This document shows, piece by piece, positions 61,806-64,000 of a stretch of DNA of 64,000 bases. The translations under genes and the position numbers were made by a program. Position 1 is the stretch's first letter. Each line of letters opens with the position of its first letter. The DNA comes from Lepidodermella squamata (Eukaryota > Animalia > Gastrotricha), in NCBI GenBank assembly GCA_047495785.1, contig JBLDXI010000030.1:62001-126000 (forward strand). Direction: 5' to 3'. Under the pieces are notes generated by a model, which worked only from the letters and a program-made list of their open reading frames with translations, had not been told where the DNA came from and searched no databases.

Positions 61806-62149
61806 CTCACGTGAAATTCTGAAAAAGCGTTTCATCACATCTCAGGATAGGATCGTTTTTCCTGAAATAATTGGCCTTAAGCAAATTCTTGTTCCCCCAG
61901 CTGGAATTTTTAATTAGAGTGTGTGCACTTGCTCCTGCGATTTTAATGAATAAGTTGCTTTGAAAAGGATTTCGATGAGCACCCCATTTGAAATAACGCT
62001 TTTGTCGATAAATTATAAAATCCACATGTATCACGGCCAAATTCTCTAGTTTTTTAATTTCGAAGGATACTTACAATTGTGATAAAATGCCTTCATACTA
62101 AGAGTGAAATATCGCATTAATAATAATCGAAATAAAAGTAGAAAAAGAC

Positions 62150-62876
62150 CCAAATTACAAGTTTCACATTGTGGGATGAAAGTCTCAAAAGATTTCGGGT
62201 TATTCTACAAAAAGTGCACAACTTCAAAGCTTTTCTATCACGTTTTTGGGACCACCGGAAATTGTTTACACAAGTTAAAAGTGTACAAGACTGAGGTGTA
62301 CGTAGCAGGGGTAAAAGCGTGTATCTTCCTATACAAGCGAGCGGCGAGAATAGGGTAGGTAAGCGAAAAGTGTCATTGTATGCTAAGACGAATACTGCAT
62401 GTGTTATGAAACGGTGCAACGCTAATCCAATAGAATACTCCATACTAATGTATAATCCAATGAAATGAAAAGGTAGAACCAGCTTACGCAAGGGAAAGAA
62501 TATAGTTACAGCAGCTATCAAGAATCTAGAAACAAAGATTAAATCGATCTTATAACCATATCTGCGCCGCTTCTAATGCATAAAATGTATCAGGGTTGTA
62601 TTGATATAAATTTCTCTGACTTTTTTATAATCTCCCGAAACTCTCGCCTTCCTCCTCATTCTGTGACGATGAAAGCGGTTAGAAATAACCTGAACTATAA
62701 ATTTAGCTTTTCCAGGCGCGTGCGTGCTGCGTGGAACCGTCTGCCGTCTTGCGTGGTTAACAACTCTCACAGTGCTTTTTGCAAACATATAAAATTTAAT
62801 TCGCCTTCATTGGTAAACTACGTGACTTCTGTGGTGAGGCGCCAAGAAACAACTTTCTGCTAAACTAAACTTAACT
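62150..62876 (+). mobile_element. CR1/L2-like LINE 3' relic
   Basis: KDFG.., HKMYQG..., FSRRVRAAWNRLPSCVV, followed by a TAAAC-type tail. Confidence 0.65.
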
Positions 62877-63051
62877 ATTTGCTAACTGTTGAAAAACAAT
62901 TTGCAATAAAAATGAGAATGAGAGAGAGAATGCTGAATACTGAATACTTCTGAAACGAATCTTCTGACACAGAAACTAATTGATTAGTTTATACTGATCT
63001 ATTCTTATTTCCCTGGGTGTATAGGCACTCGGACGTTTTTCGGATGTAAGC

Positions 63052-64000
63052 ATGTTACCGGCAATCATTAATAAAGCTGCGTTAACTGCGTTAACGTTCG
63101 CCTGCTTCAACTTTGATTTGGGACAGACGTTGGACCTAGAACTATGCGTGTGGAACAAGACGACTGAATTCTCAACTGAAAGCCTAATTACTCCTATCGA
63201 CGGATGGGAGCAATTTAACTCAACGATGGAGACTAAATTCCCGCTCGGCACTATTGTTCATGTTACCTGCATCAACGATACAACGAAAAGTGCAACCATG
63301 TGCATCGACAGTGGTTGGTGGACTAAGAGAATTTCCAGATGTTCAGACTTCAGTAAGTTTTGTTTGAGACAAAGCATATTTAGTTCTAAATGTTCATTGT
63401 GCTCTTGTGATTGTGCTGAAAAGAGTAGACGGCCTTTCTGAACAATGCTATATTTTCGATGCTTTTAGAAACCGTCGGAAAAATGAGCAATCAAACTTGT
63501 TCCTGGCCTGGGTCACTTTCAAAGACACATGGTTACAACATTAGCATTGATTACGGATTAACTTGGTTGAGTACTACTAAACTGACTGGTATCAACAAGT
63601 TTGCAATGGTTAGAGATGAATGTCCGAACGGCGCTTACATACAAACGACGTGCATCAACGGGGCATTTAACCCAGATCCTAAAAAATATTCGTGTGGCGA
63701 GCCAGCCATTTCACCTCCATCCAAACTCGCAGCCTTCTGGCCTCTTGCAGCGGACACTAGGCTTCGAGCTCTGACACCTAATACCTCTGATTTCAAAGCG
63801 GTAAATGGGACAGCTTTATCTGCTGCATATGGACAATTTAAACAAAAAGGTTACACTATTGGCGGTTTGAAAAAGGCACTGTTGAAGGGGCCTGCAGTCA
63901 CCCAGCTTACCGGGAAATTCTGGAGTATCGCGGTCTTAGCTCGCGGTGCCTTTCAGCTTGACTTAATTGACAACAAAAGTGCACCTCTATATTCGATTTC
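63052..64000 (+). CDS. Secreted or cell-surface protein with two divergent sushi/CCP-like 4-Cys modules; runs off the window
   Basis: Signal-like N-terminus; intron 63353-63468; exon 2 open to the window end; GTIVHVTC..C..GWW..C pattern, then LAAFWPL. Confidence 0.65.

Noticed and set aside
1034-61838. Paired ORFs as separate genes (soluble AChBP-like protein plus a stand-alone TM protein)
   Set aside because: Each pair is joined by a canonical short GT-AG intron that restores an exact C-x13-C Cys-loop

Overview
Eukaryotic (animal, invertebrate-like) DNA with very short GT-AG introns, mostly 44-62 bp; the species cannot be named from the sequence. The window is dominated by a minus-strand tandem array of about 25 divergent Cys-loop (pentameric ligand-gated ion channel, pLGIC) loci: 18 intact two-exon genes, one with a single 1-bp frameshift, two disrupted copies and four relics. 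The ORF track splits each gene in two, but a conserved phase-2 intron inside the Cys-loop joins the halves and restores C-x13-C. The subunits are minimal (about 365-395 aa, almost no M3-M4 loop), lack the loop-C vicinal cysteines, have hypervariable ligand loops, share an extra conserved Cys pair and carry an unusual (P/A/T/N)DR(P) pore entrance. This suggests a lineage-specific, possibly chemosensory, ionotropic receptor repertoire under birth-and-death evolution. Interspersed are two Ly6/three-finger genes, a flavin monooxygenase, four SGNH-fold paralogues plus a relic, a class A GPCR, a frameshifted GABA-B-like class C GPCR, a multi-peptide precursor with acidic spacers (antimicrobial/toxin-like), a small Cys-rich secreted peptide, an orphan type I membrane protein and a truncated sushi-like gene. 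Mobile DNA includes hAT-like MITEs (8-bp TSDs), Mutator-like foldbacks (9-bp TSDs, one carrying telomere-like repeats), LINE relics and a Penelope-type minimal hammerhead ribozyme. All calls come from manual reading; no database search was run.
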